Program-made: the position numbers and the translations under genes
Part shown: piece after piece, positions 62,499 through 64,000 of the stretch
How positions within the stretch are numbered: position 1 is the stretch's first letter
How the letters are laid out: each line of letters starts with the position of its first letter
NCBI GenBank assembly: GCA_963703345.1
Contig: OY969814.1
Coordinates: 992,001-1,056,000 of the forward strand
Source: an uncultured Chloroflexia bacterium
GTDB taxonomy: Bacteria > Chloroflexota > Dehalococcoidia > DSTF01 > JALHUB01
Direction of reading: 5' to 3'
Length of the DNA stretch: 64,000 nt
The notes under the pieces: model-generated
The model's database searches: none
Seen by the model: the letters and a program-made list of their open reading frames with translations, nothing else
What the model was told of the DNA's origin: nothing

Positions 62499-63660
62499 TG
62501 TGGGGCCCAAGAATCTCATCCGTATCTACGCAAGTCAAGCGGCCACCCACTCGTACTCGTGATGGAGGCCACCAAGCACGGGCCGGGCAACGATGCGGCC
62601 GGAAGCGAGCCGGACGACAGGCCGGCCGTCGGGGGAGTCCAGCGCGAGCGCGCGATGGGGGCGCGCCGCATTGTAATGCGCGACGTACTCCGCCAGCAGC
62701 GCCCGCAGGTGCCGCTCGTTCACAACGATCAGGTGGTCCAGACACTCGCGCCGCAGCGTCCCGACGAGGCGCTCGGCGATCGCGTTCGCCTTCGGCGCCC
62801 GGACCGGCGTGAGCAGGGTTCGGATGCCGATGCTGGCGGCGCGCGGGATGAACGCGCCGCCGTAGCAGCGGTCGCGGTCGTGGATGAGGTAGCGCGGCTG
62901 CTCACCCCACGGCGTCGCCGCGATCAGCTGGCGCCAGACCCACTCGGCGGTCGGATGCGCGGTGACGTTCAGATGGATGATCCGCCGCCGGTCATGCGTA
63001 ATAAAGAAGAAGACGTACAGGGTGTGGAAGGTGACCGTCGGTGCGGTGAAAAAGTCGGCGGCCCAGATGTGCGGTGCATGATTGCGGAGGAAGGTGCGCC
63101 AAGACTGTGATGGCGGCCGCCGCAGGGCGGAGCGGCGGTAACAACGGACAGTTTCGGCGCTGACCTCGAAGCCCAGCTTTCGGAGCTCACCTTGAATCCG
63201 CACGCTCCCCCAGCGCGGGTTCTCGCGGGCGAGGCGCTGAATGAGCAGTCGAAGCTCAGGGGAGAGGCGTGGGCGGCCCGGCCCGCGGCGTCGGCTCTTC
63301 CAGGCCCAGTAGCGTCGCCAGCCGGTGCGGTGCCAGCGGACCACAGTGTCCGGCTGGACGATGACGAGCGCCGATCGCCAGCGAGGCCAGGCACGCGAGA
63401 GCCACGACCAGAACAGGCGGTCCGCCCTCGTGAGGCGCGGCCGTCGGGGCGAGCGCGTGAGCACCACGAGCTGCTGCCGCAGGGCGAGGTTCTCCAGGGT
63501 GACGTCGCACCGCGAGCGTACGGCGCTGCGCAGGAAGTGGCAGGCGAGCCAGAGGTAGGTGAACAAGGCGCGGCCTCCTTCAGGACGGATGCGGTAAGGC
63601 TCGCGCGGACGCCGTCTTGGGTCAATCAGTCAGATACGGATGAGATTCTTGGCCCTCACA
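62499..63660 (-). mobile_element. IS481-like element with 29-bp terminal inverted repeats
   Basis: TGTGGGGCCCAAGAATCTCATCCGTATCT (62499-62527) and the inverse at 63632-63660, 27/29 match; TGT...ACA ends. No target duplication seen. Confidence 0.85.
62535..63566 (-). CDS. Integrase-core (rve, DDE) transposase
   Basis: AADFF, LIHDRD, PKANAIAER, RRECLD, RPH. Confidence 0.9.
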   Translation of the reverse strand: MFTYLWLACHFLRSAVRSRCDVTLENLALRQQLVVLTRSPRRPRLTRADRLFWSWLSRAWPRWRSALVIVQPDTVVRWHRTGWRRYWAWKSRRRGPGRPRLSPELRLLIQRLARENPRWGSVRIQGELRKLGFEVSAETVRCYRRSALRRPPSQSWRTFLRNHAPHIWAADFFTAPTVTFHTLYVFFFITHDRRRIIHLNVTAHPTAEWVWRQLIAATPWGEQPRYLIHDRDRCYGGAFIPRAASIGIRTLLTPVRAPKANAIAERLVGTLRRECLDHLIVVNERHLRALLAEYVAHYNAARPHRALALDSPDGRPVVRLASGRIVARPVLGGLHHEYEWVAA

Positions 63661-63713
63661 GGAAGGTGGGCTCGTTTTCGGGGGGCAGGTCAAGTGTCGG
63701 AACTGGAGGACGA

Positions 63714-64000
63714 CTAGGGAGTCTCGACGTACTGGGCGTCCCTCCCCACTTTGGGCTGCTTGTCGAAATCAGCGGGGGGATTCGGCGCGGTGCAGCTCTT
63801 GGTCAACTCGTAGCTGACGATGTCGCCGACGGCCACCCACTTGCCGTTCTCGACCTTGTTGATGACGAGTGCCTCGCTGATCTTGTGATCGGTTGGGCTT
63901 GTGCTCACCGGCGCAAAGCAGGTCGAGCACCAGAAGTCGCACGCCGACTCGGCAGCGTCAAGGAAGGTCTCGCGGGTGAGGTTCTTCCCGGCCATCTCCA
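63714..64000 (-). CDS. C-terminus of a probable ABC substrate-binding protein (branched-chain amino acid type); 5' partial
   Basis: AGKNLTRETFLDAAES...SPTDH...ENGKWV; runs off the window. Confidence 0.55.
   Translation of the reverse strand, partial: EMAGKNLTRETFLDAAESACDFWCSTCFAPVSTSPTDHKISEALVINKVENGKWVAVGDIVSYELTKSCTAPNPPADFDKQPKVGRDAQYVETP

Overview
High-GC bacterial window, probably Chloroflexota/Dehalococcoidia-like (inferred from gene content, not proven). Bases 1-24.6 kb are mostly core chromosome: two large membrane glycosyltransferase-like genes, gap, eno, enoyl-CoA hydratase, cydAB, mfd and an intact tRNA-Pro(GGG) at 24600-24676. The tRNA is followed by a tyrosine integrase and an accessory region. 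Three further copies of the tRNA-Pro 3' half (36807, 42509, 48805) divide it into tandem units with shared ends but unrelated cargo, and only unit 1 has an integrase. Remnants of tRNA-Gly (twice), tRNA-Val, tRNA-Arg and a tRNA-Pro 5' half lie in the same region. Cargo includes an IS110 element whose bridge-RNA target and donor guides can be read directly from the sequence, and an O-antigen-ligase-like gene paired with a hexapeptide-repeat protein. It also includes a 2-hydroxyacyl-CoA dehydratase activator-like pair and an uncharacterised methyltransferase-like/radical SAM/ParB-N operon next to an AbiE toxin-antitoxin pair. The right end holds a membrane-spanning cyclase-ATPase-TPR protein, a giant surface protein with nested beta-propellers, and an IS481-like element. 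All calls are from motif reading only; no database searches were run.
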